Source of the DNA: Eledone cirrhosa
Taxonomy: Eukaryota
Assembly (NCBI GenBank): GCA_964016885.1
Contig: OZ024743.1
Coordinates: 18,600,001-18,664,000, forward strand
Direction of reading: 5' to 3'
Length of the DNA: 64,000 nucleotides
Below are positions 1 to 9,406 of this stretch, in pieces. Position 1 is the stretch's first letter. Every line of letters begins with the position of its first letter. The notes under the pieces are model-generated. The model saw nothing but the letters and a program-made list of their open reading frames with translations. It searched no databases and was not told where the DNA came from. Position numbers and translations under genes: made by a program.

Positions 1-3000
1 ATCCTAAAATCCCACAGCACCTCCACCTGACTGTTCTCCATCACCGCCTCTGGCCTATGCTCATACCATTTCTCAGAATGTGGTAGATTGTTTACTTTGC
101 ACAGGTGCCAGTGGATCACCCTGCCCATCACATCGTGTCTCCAGCCCTTATAGTGGGTCTGGGCTAGGTGTTTACACTCGGACACAATGTGAGCCACAGT
201 CTCCTCTCTCTCTCCACAGATCCTGCACAGTGGGCTAGCCTCCTCCTTGTAGATATGGTGCTTCAACCACTTCGTTTTGAGGGCCTGCTCCTGCGCAGCC
301 ATTAGCATTCCTTCTGTAGCCTTTTTGAGGTCTCCTCTTCTCAACCAGTTCCATGTCTGTGGATCTCTAAATTCAGTTTTCTCAAAGAAGGTACTATGAA
401 GGGATTTTCCCTTAAGGCTGCTCTTCCTCCTTGATGTTATTTCCTCCTTGGATATCCCCTGGCCTACTGTCCCCTCCTTCAGTACAGCTCTGAGCATTGG
501 CTCCTTACTATAGGTCACGTATTTGTATAGGTTGTTTTTCTCCATCTGAACACAGTCCTCTATGCTGATAAGACCTCTTCCACCCTCAGATCTCCTTAGG
601 TAGAGTCTATCGACATCACTCCTCTTGTGGAACATGTTGTAGATAGTCAATAGCTTCCTAGTCTTCCTATCCATTTCTTTTTGTTCAGCAACATTCCATC
701 TCAGAATTCCCGCACTGTACCTAATAATAGACACAGCTCGGGAATTTACTGCGCTTATGGCATTTCTGCTGTTCAGATGTGACTTCAATACGCTCCTTAC
801 TCTCCGAATGTATTCAGTTCTTAACAATTCCTTCATTTTTTTGTTCTTTATGCCATCAGCCTCCAGAACGCCCAAATACTTGTATCCTTCCTCAGAGTCA
901 ATTTCCTTTATCATCTCACCTGTTGGTATCTGGATCCCGTTACTTCTGCTCAACCTACCCCTCCTCATCACAATGACTCCACATTTACCAATACCAAACT
1001 GCATACATATATCACTGGTGAAAATACGGACAGTGTCAACAAGCACATCCAACTCCTTCTCACTTTTCCCGAAGAGCTTAAGATCGTCCATGAAGAGGAG
1101 GTGATTGATGGTAAGCTCTCCCCTTCCCAACTTGTATCCTGCTCTCACTTTTCGCAGCATAATGGTCAAGGGCATCAGGGCAAGGACAAACAACAGAGGG
1201 GACAGGCTATCTCCCTGGAAGATACCTCTCTTGATCTTCACGCTTCCCAAGGATACTCCAGTTGATGTCAACTCTGTCTCCCAGGACCCCATACTCCTGC
1301 CCAGCAACTGTCTGATGTTATCTGCCACCCTGAAGATCTCCAGGCTTTTGGTGATCCAGGAATGAGGCACCATGTCAAATGCCTTTCTGTAGTCTATCCA
1401 TCCCATGGCAAGATCAGTGTGTCTCCTCCTGCAATTCCCCATTACCATCTTATCAATAAGCAACTGGTCCTTTGTACCACGTGACTTCTTTCGGCATCCT
1501 TTCTGTTCGTCCGGCAACAAGTTGTTTGTGTGGAGGTGATGGTAGATTTCCTCAGACACAATGCTCGTCAACAGTTTCCACATTACGGGCAGACATGTGA
1601 TAGGTCTATAGTTGGTAACATCATTACCCTTGATTCGGTCTTTCATTATCAGAACTGTGGTACCTTTTGTCAACCACTCTGGCACCTCACCCGACACCAA
1701 GCAGTCATTGAACATGGCCGTCAGCTTCGGGTGGAGGGATGTTAAATGTTTAATCCAATACCCCTGCACACCACCTGGGCCTGGTGATTTCCAGTTGGTT
1801 AGTTTTTTGGCTTGCCCCTTAAGAGTTTCAACTGTGATACTCAAATCAGTCTGTTGCTGTGCCTGCTCACCGATCTCCCTCTGTACTGTCTCAATCCACC
1901 CTGCCTGGGCATTGTGTCTAACATCCTGCTCCCATATTCCTCTCCAGAATGTTTTAGCTTGTTCCGCCCCAGGGATCAAGTCGTTGCCTCTTTCTTTCCC
2001 CTCAAGCTGTCCAAACAGCATCTTCTGGTTGTTGTCGAACATGCGGTTCTGTTTATACTGACTGACTCTGTTCTCGTATCGCCTGATTTTGGCACTCTTT
2101 GCTACAATGCGTTGCTTCAATTCCTCTATGATAATATTTAGCTTTTTACTCCTAGTTTTGTATTTTATTTCCAGTCTATTTTTAGTGCCTATGTTTTTTA
2201 GTGTCCCATTCAGTAGTGACTCAAGCTTTCCTATGTCATTTCTCATTTCCTCGATTTGCCCACTCAGTCGCTTCTTCCACCACGGCTCTGCTCTTTCTTG
2301 TCTGTTGTTTCCTCTCGCTTTTATACCAAGTAGTTTCCTCACCGTATTTGCTGTTGCTTTGAGGATATTGTTGCACTGGTGAAGACTCCTCGCCTCAAGG
2401 TATGGGATGACTTTGTTTACCTTAGCTGTTGTTTCTTTTAACTTTTTCCTGTCTACAAATCTTAGGTTCATAGGTCTCCCACTATCATTGTTCAACTCAT
2501 CTACCACTAAATTTAGGATGTCAACCGAATCTTGTCCTAGCCCGTCAGCATTCATCTCCTCAGTGGCCGTATCTCTGTTCCAGGTATTATTTATCTCAGT
2601 ATTCAGATCATTGTCTGCTTCGGGTGGTTCCTCCGTTCTCAGGACCTCCTCACCTTCATTTCCCGCCGGCTCGCTTGTCTGGCATACTACACCCGCCATC
2701 TCCAAGCCATTCTCTCTGCTCAGTTCCTCCAGTTCCAGCTCGCTTATCCACCCATTAGTTCTTATTACCCGAGCCTGCCCGGCCAATTTTTGTTCATCTA
2801 ATTTAAATAAACCAATCTCGTTCCAGATGTTATGCATCCGTCTCCTGTAGCCCCTCTCCTTGTGGTTACTTTTCAGGTAGCATTGCATAACAGTTCTATT
2901 CAATTCTTTCGTCCAGTTGGTTCTGGCCCCTTTCCTTCTTCTTCTTCCTCCAACATCAGCAGTATTTGGTTGACAGTCAGGTTCCTGCTGCTGAGCCAGG

Positions 3001-3047
3001 GGGCACCTGTTGGGTGAGAGTCTGTCACATGACGTTCTAGTCTCCAT
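1..3047 (-). CDS. Partial Myb-RT-CCHC-RLE polyprotein of copy 1 (runs off window edge)
   Basis: ATG at 3047 corresponds to 8038 in copy 2. The constant 4991 offset implies no net indel and I saw no stop. A few substitutions, including PGPDG->PGPGG at 1774. Confidence 0.85.
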   Translation of the reverse strand, partial: METRTSCDRLSPNRCPLAQQQEPDCQPNTADVGGRRRRKGARTNWTKELNRTVMQCYLKSNHKERGYRRRMHNIWNEIGLFKLDEQKLAGQARVIRTNGWISELELEELSRENGLEMAGVVCQTSEPAGNEGEEVLRTEEPPEADNDLNTEINNTWNRDTATEEMNADGLGQDSVDILNLVVDELNNDSGRPMNLRFVDRKKLKETTAKVNKVIPYLEARSLHQCNNILKATANTVRKLLGIKARGNNRQERAEPWWKKRLSGQIEEMRNDIGKLESLLNGTLKNIGTKNRLEIKYKTRSKKLNIIIEELKQRIVAKSAKIRRYENRVSQYKQNRMFDNNQKMLFGQLEGKERGNDLIPGAEQAKTFWRGIWEQDVRHNAQAGWIETVQREIGEQAQQQTDLSITVETLKGQAKKLTNWKSPGPGGVQGYWIKHLTSLHPKLTAMFNDCLVSGEVPEWLTKGTTVLIMKDRIKGNDVTNYRPITCLPVMWKLLTSIVSEEIYHHLHTNNLLPDEQKGCRKKSRGTKDQLLIDKMVMGNCRRRHTDLAMGWIDYRKAFDMVPHSWITKSLEIFRVADNIRQLLGRSMGSWETELTSTGVSLGSVKIKRGIFQGDSLSPLLFVLALMPLTIMLRKVRAGYKLGRGELTINHLLFMDDLKLFGKSEKELDVLVDTVRIFTSDICMQFGIGKCGVIVMRRGRLSRSNGIQIPTGEMIKEIDSEEGYKYLGVLEADGIKNKKMKELLRTEYIRRVRSVLKSHLNSRNAISAVNSRAVSIIRYSAGILRWNVAEQKEMDRKTRKLLTIYNMFHKRSDVDRLYLRRSEGGRGLISIEDCVQMEKNNLYKYVTYSKEPMLRAVLKEGTVGQGISKEEITSRRKSSLKGKSLHSTFFEKTEFRDPQTWNWLRRGDLKKATEGMLMAAQEQALKTKWLKHHIYKEEASPLCRICGEREETVAHIVSECKHLAQTHYKGWRHDVMGRVIHWHLCKVNNLPHSEKWYEHRPEAVMENSQVEVLWDFR

Positions 3048-4110
3048 TTCACCGTTATTCGAACTGTTTATGTTCGATATTTAAACACTCTTATCGAGGA
3101 TTGGCGAATGTATGTTTACATAGCCATCTGTGGATCCGCCATCCCACTTGGCCCTTGTGTGGCATTATCACCACGCTGTATACGGACACACATAAACAAA
3201 CAAACACACGGGCAGAAAGGGCCCCAAAAATGAATAAGCATAAGTTTCATTGTAATGTAGTATTCGAATGTCTGACTTAGTTTTTGTTTTTTAAGTTTTA
3301 CTTTTTCCCCCCTCTTCTCTGTCCGTCCGCCTGCTTCTCTCTTCATTCTTATTTTCTTTACGTTTTTGGGGTGTCTTTTTTTGTTTTTGTTTTTCTCTGT
3401 TTGTTTTTCTCGTTTTTTGCTGTTGTTGCTGTGCTGCTTTTGTTGTTTGTTTTTTCTTTTTTCTTTTGAGTCTATCTATATATTTTGATGCCTTCCTCTT
3501 TGTTAGTAGTAGGAATTCTATAATGTGGAAGTGGCAGCCAGCAGAGACTGGCGGCGTTGGCGATACTGAGACAGTGGTGGTGGTGATGTCGATACCGAGG
3601 CAGTGGTGGCGGTGATGCGACCTTATTACTGTAGTGATGGTGCTGTAGCGGTGGCAGCAGCAGTGAAGGAGTCAAGGGGTGGTGGCGGCGGTGATGGGAT
3701 AGTGGTGGTAATGATGGCCGTAGTGAGCGGTGGCGGTGAAGGTGAAAATGCTGTTGTGTTTAGTGTACACAGATGATGGGGTGGGTGGTGTATCTAGTTT
3801 CTGGTGTTGGTGAGTTTCGCTGTCCTATATAGTGTAGCCAGAAAAGAGGAGGGGGGGGGGTTCTTCTTCTTCCATTTATAGCCATTTTATTTTTTGGGGA
3901 TATACAGTGTACAATACAAAGTTGAATATTTGAATATTTGAGCCTTATAACAATATATTTTGGGTCCGAATTTTTTGGGGGCTCAAGCCGGGTGCTTTAC
4001 GTAGCATTTGTACTAAGAGTTGTTATTTCACAAATGATTTAAATATGTTAAAAATTCAAAACTTACGGGAGCGATTTCATGACCTCCGTCAACTCGTGCG
4101 TCTTCTTCCC
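1..4110 (-). mobile_element. R4/Dong-like RLE non-LTR retrotransposon, copy 1 (apparent 5' end at ~4110; 3' end beyond window start)
   Basis: Near-identical to copy 2 (offset 4991 across the ORF) from 1 to 3944. An extra segment 3945-4110 abuts the (TAA)n tract and is read as the true 5' end (inference). Confidence 0.9.
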
Positions 4111-4112
4111 TA

Positions 4113-4175
<63 letters not shown>

Positions 4176-4199
4176 TTTTTTTTTTTATTGTTGTTATTA
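4111..4199. repeat. (TTA/TAA)n microsatellite with internal poly-T; tail of the short element and probable target site
   Basis: Directly visible tattattat run between the copy 1 5' end and the short element. Confidence 0.95.
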
Positions 4200-4527
4200 C
4201 TCCTTGAGTCTCAGTCATTGATGTTAGTTAACTGGAAAGTTTGTTGGAATGAATATCAAGCCACTACCTGCACCCTCAGATATTCAGGACGTATCGGAGG
4301 GTTCTTACTGTTCCCAGCAAGCATGCCTTTTGAAGTGTTCCAAAAAGCGTGAAGGAGCCGATTTTCTTTAACCATCCCTGGAAACTTTTGAAGATAGTCC
4401 CCAGTGCGCCTATGACAATCGGGATCACTTTGACTTCGTGGCAGTTCCAAATCCTTTAGCCGGGAAGGGCAGGCAGTTTTTATCTGTCTTGTGGCCATGG
4501 CGAAAGAGATAGTATGGTGGACACGTT
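4200..4527 (-). mobile_element. Short element: 3' end of the R4/Dong-like family (4200-4457) fused to a ~70-bp unrelated 5' head (4458-4527)
   Basis: 4201-4457 aligns with 4571-4827 (offset 370, about 14 mismatches counted by eye). Homology stops abruptly after 'atccttt'. Flanked by (TAA)n on both sides. Confidence 0.85.
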
Positions 4528-4562
4528 TTATTAGTATTATTATTATTATTATTATTATTGTT
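4528..4562. repeat. (TTA/TAA)n microsatellite, 3' tail of copy 2
   Basis: Visible triplet run immediately after the ~80-nt 3' UTR on the minus strand. Confidence 0.95.
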
Positions 4563-4645
4563 ACCGTTATTCCTTGAATCTCAGTCATTGATGTTGGTTA
4601 ACTGGAAAGTCCGTTGGATTGAATATCAAGCCACTACCTGCAGCC

Positions 4646-7600
4646 TCAGATATTCAGGACGTATCGGAGGGTTCTTGCCGTTCCAAGCAAGCATGCCTTT
4701 TGAAGCGTTCCAAAAAGCGTGAAGGGGCCGATTTTCTTTAACCATCCCTGGAAACCTTTGGAGATAGTCCCCAGTGCGCCTATGACAATCGGGATCACTT
4801 TGACTTCATGGCAGTTCCAAATCCTTTTCACCTCCCACTTTAGGTCCTGGTATCGGTTAATTTTCTCCCTCTCCTTCTCTTGCACTCTCGTGTCGAACGG
4901 GCAGGCCACATCCACAATCAGGCACGATCTTTTTTCTTTGTCCACAACCACCAGGTCAGGTCTATTGTGTTCCAGTTTTCTGTCCGTCTGTATCCTAAAA
5001 TCCCACAGCACCTTCACCTGACTGTTCTCCATCACCGCCTCTGGCCTATGCTCATACCATTTCTCAGAATGTGGTAGATTGTTTACTTTGCACAGGTGCC
5101 AGTGGATCACCCTGCCCATCACATCGTGTCTCCAGCCCTTATAGTGGGTCTGGGCTAGGTGTTTACACTCGGACACAATGTGAGCCACAGTCTCCTCTCT
5201 CTCTCCACAGATCCTGCACAGTGGGCTAGCCTCCTCCTTGTAGATATGGTGCTTCAACCACTTCGTTTTGAGGGCCTGCTCCTGCGCAGCCATTAGCATT
5301 CCTTCTGTAGCCTTTTTGAGGTCTCCTCTTCTCAACCAGTTCCATGTCTGTGGATCTCTAAATTCAGTTTTCTCAAAGAAGGTACTATGAAGGGATTTTC
5401 CCTTAAGGCTGCTCTTCCTCCTTGATGTTATTTCCTCCTTGGATATCCCCTGGCCTACTGTCCCCTCCTTCAGTACAGCTCTGAGCATTGGCTCCTTACT
5501 ATAGGTCACGTATTTGTATAGGTTGTTTTTCTCCATCTGAACACAGTCCTCTATGCTGATAAGACCTCTTCCACCCTCAGATCTCCTTAGGTAGAGTCTA
5601 TCGACATCACTCCTCTTGTGGAACATGTTGTAGATAGTCAATAGCTTCCTAGTCTTCCTATCCATTTCTTTTTGTTCAGCAACATTCCATCTCAGAATTC
5701 CCGCACTGTACCTAATAATAGACACAGCTCGGGAATTTACTGCGCTTATGGCATTTCTGCTGTTCAGATGTGACTTCAATACGCTCCTTACTCTCCGAAT
5801 GTATTCAGTTCTTAACAATTCCTTCATTTTTTTGTTCTTTATGCCATCAGCCTCCAGAACGCCCAAATACTTGTATCCTTCCTCAGAGTCAATTTCCTTT
5901 ATCATCTCACCTGTTGGTATCTGGATCCCGTTACTTCTGCTCAACCTACCCCTCCTCATCACAATGACTCCACATTTACCAATACCAAACTGCATACATA
6001 TATCACTGGTGAAAATACGGACAGTGTCAACAAGCACATCCAACTCCTTCTCACTTTTCCCGAAGAGCTTAAGATCGTCCATGAAGAGGAGGTGATTGAT
6101 GGTAAGCTCTCCCCTTCCCAACTTGTATCCTGCTCTCACTTTTCGCAGCATAATGGTCAAGGGCATCAGGGCAAGGACAAACAACAGAGGGGACAGGCTA
6201 TCTCCCTGGAAGATACCTCTCTTGATCTTCACGCTTCCCAAGGATACTCCAGTTGATGTCAACTCTGTCTCCCAGGACCCCATACTCCTGCCCAGCAACT
6301 GTCTGATGTTATCTGCCACCCTGAAGATCTCCAGGCTTTTGGTGATCCAGGAATGAGGCACCATGTCAAATGCCTTTCTGTAGTCTATCCATCCCATGGC
6401 AAGATCAGTGTGTCTCCTCCTGCAATTCCCCATTACCATCTTATCAATAAGCAACTGGTCCTTTGTACCACGTGACTTCTTTCGGCATCCTTTCTGTTCG
6501 TCCGGCAACAAGTTGTTTGTGTGGAGGTGATGGTAGATTTCCTCAGACACAATGCTCGTCAACAGTTTCCACATTACGGGCAGACATGTGATAGGTCTAT
6601 AGTTGGTAACATCATTACCCTTGATTCGGTCTTTCATTATCAGAACTGTGGTACCTTTTGTCAACCACTCTGGCACCTCACCCGACACCAAGCAGTCATT
6701 GAACATGGCCGTCAGCTTCGGGTGGAGGGATGTTAAATGTTTAATCCAATACCCCTGCACACCATCTGGGCCTGGTGATTTCCAGTTGGTTAGTTTTTTG
6801 GCTTGCCCCTTAAGAGTTTCAACTGTGATACTCAAATCAGTCTGTTGCTGTGCCTGCTCACCGATCTCCCTCTGTACTGTCTCAATCCACCCTGCCTGGG
6901 CATTGTGTCTAACATCCTGCTCCCATATTCCTCTCCAGAATGTTTTAGCTTGTTCCGCCCCAGGGATCAAGTCGTTGCCTCTTTCTTTCCCCTCAAGCTG
7001 TCCAAACAGCATCTTCTGGTTGTTGTCGAACATGCGGTTCTGTTTATACTGACTGACTCTGTTCTCGTATCGCCTGATTTTGGCACTCTTTGCTACAATG
7101 CGTTGCTTCAATTCCTCTATGATAATATTTAGCTTTTTACTCCTAGTTTTGTATTTTATTTCCAGTCTATTTTTAGTGCCTATGTTTTTTAGTGTCCCAT
7201 TCAGTAGTGACTCAAGCTTTCCTATGTCATTTCTCATTTCCCCGATTTGCCCACTCAGTCGCTTCTTCCACCACGGCTCTGCTCTTTCTTGTCTGTTGTT
7301 TCCTCTCGCTTTTATACCAAGTAGTTTCCTCACCGTATTTGCTGTTGCTTTGAGGATATTGTTGCACTGGTGAAGACTCCTCGCCTCAAGGTATGGGATG
7401 ACTTTGTTTACCTTAGCTGTTGTTTCTTTTAACTTTTTCCTGTCTACAAATCTTAGGTTCATAGGTCTCCCACTATCATTGTTCAACTCATCTACCACTA
7501 AATTTAGGATGTCAACCGAATCGTGTCCTAGCCCGTCAGCATTCATCTCCTCAGTGGCCGTATCTCTGTTCCAGGTATTATTTATCTCAGTATTCAGATC

Positions 7601-8038
7601 ATTGTCTGCTTCGGGTGGTTCCTCCGTTCTCAGGACCTCCTCACCTTCATTTCCCGCCGGCTCGCTTGTCTGGCATACTACACCCGCCATCTCCAAGCCA
7701 TTCTCTCTGCTCAGTTCCTCCAGTTCCAGCTCGCTTATCCAGCCATTAGTTCTTATTACCCGAGCCTGCACGGCCAATTTTTGTTCATCTAATTTAAATA
7801 AACCAATCTCGTTCCAGATGTTATGCATCCGTCTCCTGTAGCCCCTCTCCTTGGGGTTACTTTTCAGGTAGCATTGCATAACAGTTCTATTCAATTCTTT
7901 CGTCCAGTTGGTTCTGGCCCCTTTTCTTCTTCTTCTTCCTCCAACATCAGCGGTATTTGGTTGACAGTCAGGTTCCTGCTGCTGAGCCAGGGGGCACCTG
8001 TTGGGTGAGAGTCTGTCACATGACGTTCTAGTCTCCAT
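4646..8038 (-). CDS. 1130-aa non-LTR retrotransposon protein: Myb-like domain, reverse transcriptase, CCHC zinc knuckle, restriction-like endonuclease
   Basis: N-terminal WTKELNRTVMQCY...GYRRRM...W...EQKL (R4-type Myb-like). RT motifs KSPGPDG, NYRPITCL, QKGC, WIDYRKAFDMVPH, RGIFQGDSLSPLLF, HLLFMDD, YKYLG. CRICGEREETVAHIVSEC; RHD; RPDLVV...IVDV...KINRY. No APE domain. Confidence 0.97.
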   Translation of the reverse strand: METRTSCDRLSPNRCPLAQQQEPDCQPNTADVGGRRRRKGARTNWTKELNRTVMQCYLKSNPKERGYRRRMHNIWNEIGLFKLDEQKLAVQARVIRTNGWISELELEELSRENGLEMAGVVCQTSEPAGNEGEEVLRTEEPPEADNDLNTEINNTWNRDTATEEMNADGLGHDSVDILNLVVDELNNDSGRPMNLRFVDRKKLKETTAKVNKVIPYLEARSLHQCNNILKATANTVRKLLGIKARGNNRQERAEPWWKKRLSGQIGEMRNDIGKLESLLNGTLKNIGTKNRLEIKYKTRSKKLNIIIEELKQRIVAKSAKIRRYENRVSQYKQNRMFDNNQKMLFGQLEGKERGNDLIPGAEQAKTFWRGIWEQDVRHNAQAGWIETVQREIGEQAQQQTDLSITVETLKGQAKKLTNWKSPGPDGVQGYWIKHLTSLHPKLTAMFNDCLVSGEVPEWLTKGTTVLIMKDRIKGNDVTNYRPITCLPVMWKLLTSIVSEEIYHHLHTNNLLPDEQKGCRKKSRGTKDQLLIDKMVMGNCRRRHTDLAMGWIDYRKAFDMVPHSWITKSLEIFRVADNIRQLLGRSMGSWETELTSTGVSLGSVKIKRGIFQGDSLSPLLFVLALMPLTIMLRKVRAGYKLGRGELTINHLLFMDDLKLFGKSEKELDVLVDTVRIFTSDICMQFGIGKCGVIVMRRGRLSRSNGIQIPTGEMIKEIDSEEGYKYLGVLEADGIKNKKMKELLRTEYIRRVRSVLKSHLNSRNAISAVNSRAVSIIRYSAGILRWNVAEQKEMDRKTRKLLTIYNMFHKRSDVDRLYLRRSEGGRGLISIEDCVQMEKNNLYKYVTYSKEPMLRAVLKEGTVGQGISKEEITSRRKSSLKGKSLHSTFFEKTEFRDPQTWNWLRRGDLKKATEGMLMAAQEQALKTKWLKHHIYKEEASPLCRICGEREETVAHIVSECKHLAQTHYKGWRHDVMGRVIHWHLCKVNNLPHSEKWYEHRPEAVMENSQVKVLWDFRIQTDRKLEHNRPDLVVVDKEKRSCLIVDVACPFDTRVQEKEREKINRYQDLKWEVKRIWNCHEVKVIPIVIGALGTISKGFQGWLKKIGPFTLFGTLQKACLLGTARTLRYVLNI

Positions 8039-8934
8039 TTCACCGTTATTCGAACTGTTTATGTTCGATATTTAAACACTCTTATCGAGGATTAGCGAAT
8101 GTATGTTTACATAGCCATCTGTGGATCCGCCATCCCACTTGGCCCTTGTGTGGCATTATCACCACGCTGTATACGGACACACATAAACAAACAAACACAC
8201 GGGCAGAAAGGGCCCCAAAAATGAATAAGCATAAGTTTCATTGTAATGTAGTATTCGAATGTCTGACTTAGTTTTTGTTTTTTAAGTTTTACTTTTTCCC
8301 CCCCTCTTCTCTGTCCGTCCGCCTGCTTCTCTCTTCATTCTTATTTTCTTTACGTTTTTGGGGTTTCTTTTTTTGTTTTTGTTTTTCTCTGTTTTTCTCG
8401 TTTTTTACTGTTGTTGCTGTGCTGCTTTTGTTGTTTGTTTTTTCTTTTTTCTTCGGAGTCTATCTATATATTTTGATGCCTTCCTCTTTGTTAGTAGTAG
8501 GAATTCTATAATGTGGAAGTGGTAGCCAGCAGAGACTGGCGGCGTTGGCGATACTGAGACAGTGGTGGTGGTGATGTCGATACCGAGGCAGTGGTGGCGG
8601 TGATGCGACCGTATTACTGTAGTGATGGTGCTGTAGCGGTGGCAGCAGCAGTGAAGGAGTCAAGGGGTGGTGGCGGCGGTGATGGGATAGTGGTGGTAAT
8701 GATGGCCGTAGTGAGCGGTGGCGGTGAAGGTGAAAATGCTGTTGTGTTTAGTGTACACAGATGATGGGGTGGGTGGTGTATCTAGTTTCTGGTGTTGGTG
8801 AGTTTCGCCGTCCTATATAGTGTAGCCAGAGGAGAGGAGGGGGGGGGGGGTTCTTCTTCTTCCATTTATAGCCATTTTATTTTTTTTTTGGATATACAGT
8901 GTACAATACAAAGTTGAATATTTGAATATTTGAG

Positions 8935-9120
8935 CCGTATTACTGTAGTGATGGTGCTGTAGCGGTGGCAGCAGCAGTGAAGGAGTCAAGGGGTGGTGGC
9001 GGCGGTGATGGGATAGTGGTGGTAATGATGGCCGTAGTGAGCGGTGGCGGTGAAGGTGAAAATGCTGTTGTATTTAGTGTACACAGATGATGGGGTGGGT
9101 GGTGTATCTAGTTTCTGGTG

Positions 9121-9122
<2 letters not shown>
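8935..9122 (-). repeat. 188-bp direct duplication of 8609-8796 at the 5' junction of copy 2
   Basis: Same sequence at offset 326 with one mismatch seen (tgttta/tattta); 'cc' microhomology at the join. Confidence 0.95.

Positions 9123-9209
<87 letters not shown>
9122..9209. repeat. (TTA)~29 perfect microsatellite
   Basis: Directly visible; separates the retrotransposon pile from the satellite edge. Confidence 0.98.
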
Positions 9210-9213
<4 letters not shown>

Positions 9214-9319
9214 GTATATATTATAGAAATTATATCTATAACCAACCAATGTAACTAGTACATTCTTTTTTTTAATGTGGTAATCTCACGGTATACTTCG
9301 GGAATCCATGTACATCGAT

Positions 9320-9406
9320 AGAAACATATACGGAAAATCATTCCGTCATCAGGAAAGTCTTTTTCCCTATAGGTCTCCAGGCATAGCGAGGACACTGGAA
9401 ACTTAT
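9320..9406 (-). repeat. Inverted partial copy of the satellite monomer (5' half of the hammerhead region)
   Basis: Reverse complement reads ataagtttccagtgtcctcgctatgcctggagacctatagggaaaaagactttcctgatgacggaatgattttccgtatatgtttct, matching ~9748-9832 and equivalents in each monomer. Confidence 0.95.

Larger units (their letters stand above)
4563..9122 (-). mobile_element. R4/Dong-like RLE non-LTR retrotransposon, copy 2 (intact ORF, rearranged 5' end)
   Basis: Single long ORF, short 3' UTR ending in (TAA)n, ~1 kb 5' region, (TAA)n on both flanks. TAA-repeat targeting is the known behaviour of Dong elements. Confidence 0.92.

Noticed and set aside
3284-3810. Low-complexity ORFs (Phe/Lys-rich, His/Pro-rich) and GGT-rich tract, also at 8275-9249
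   Set aside because: Products of simple-sequence composition in the 5' region and the TAA tract; no evidence for an ORF1.
3945-4110. HDV-like ribozyme at the element 5' end
   Set aside because: Expected by analogy with R2/R4, but I could not build the P1/P2/P3/P1.1 nested pseudoknot by eye; a motif search is needed.
757-8008. Many + strand ORFs of 60-150 aa
   Set aside because: Antisense shadows of the retrotransposon ORF, duplicated with it, with no recognisable motifs.
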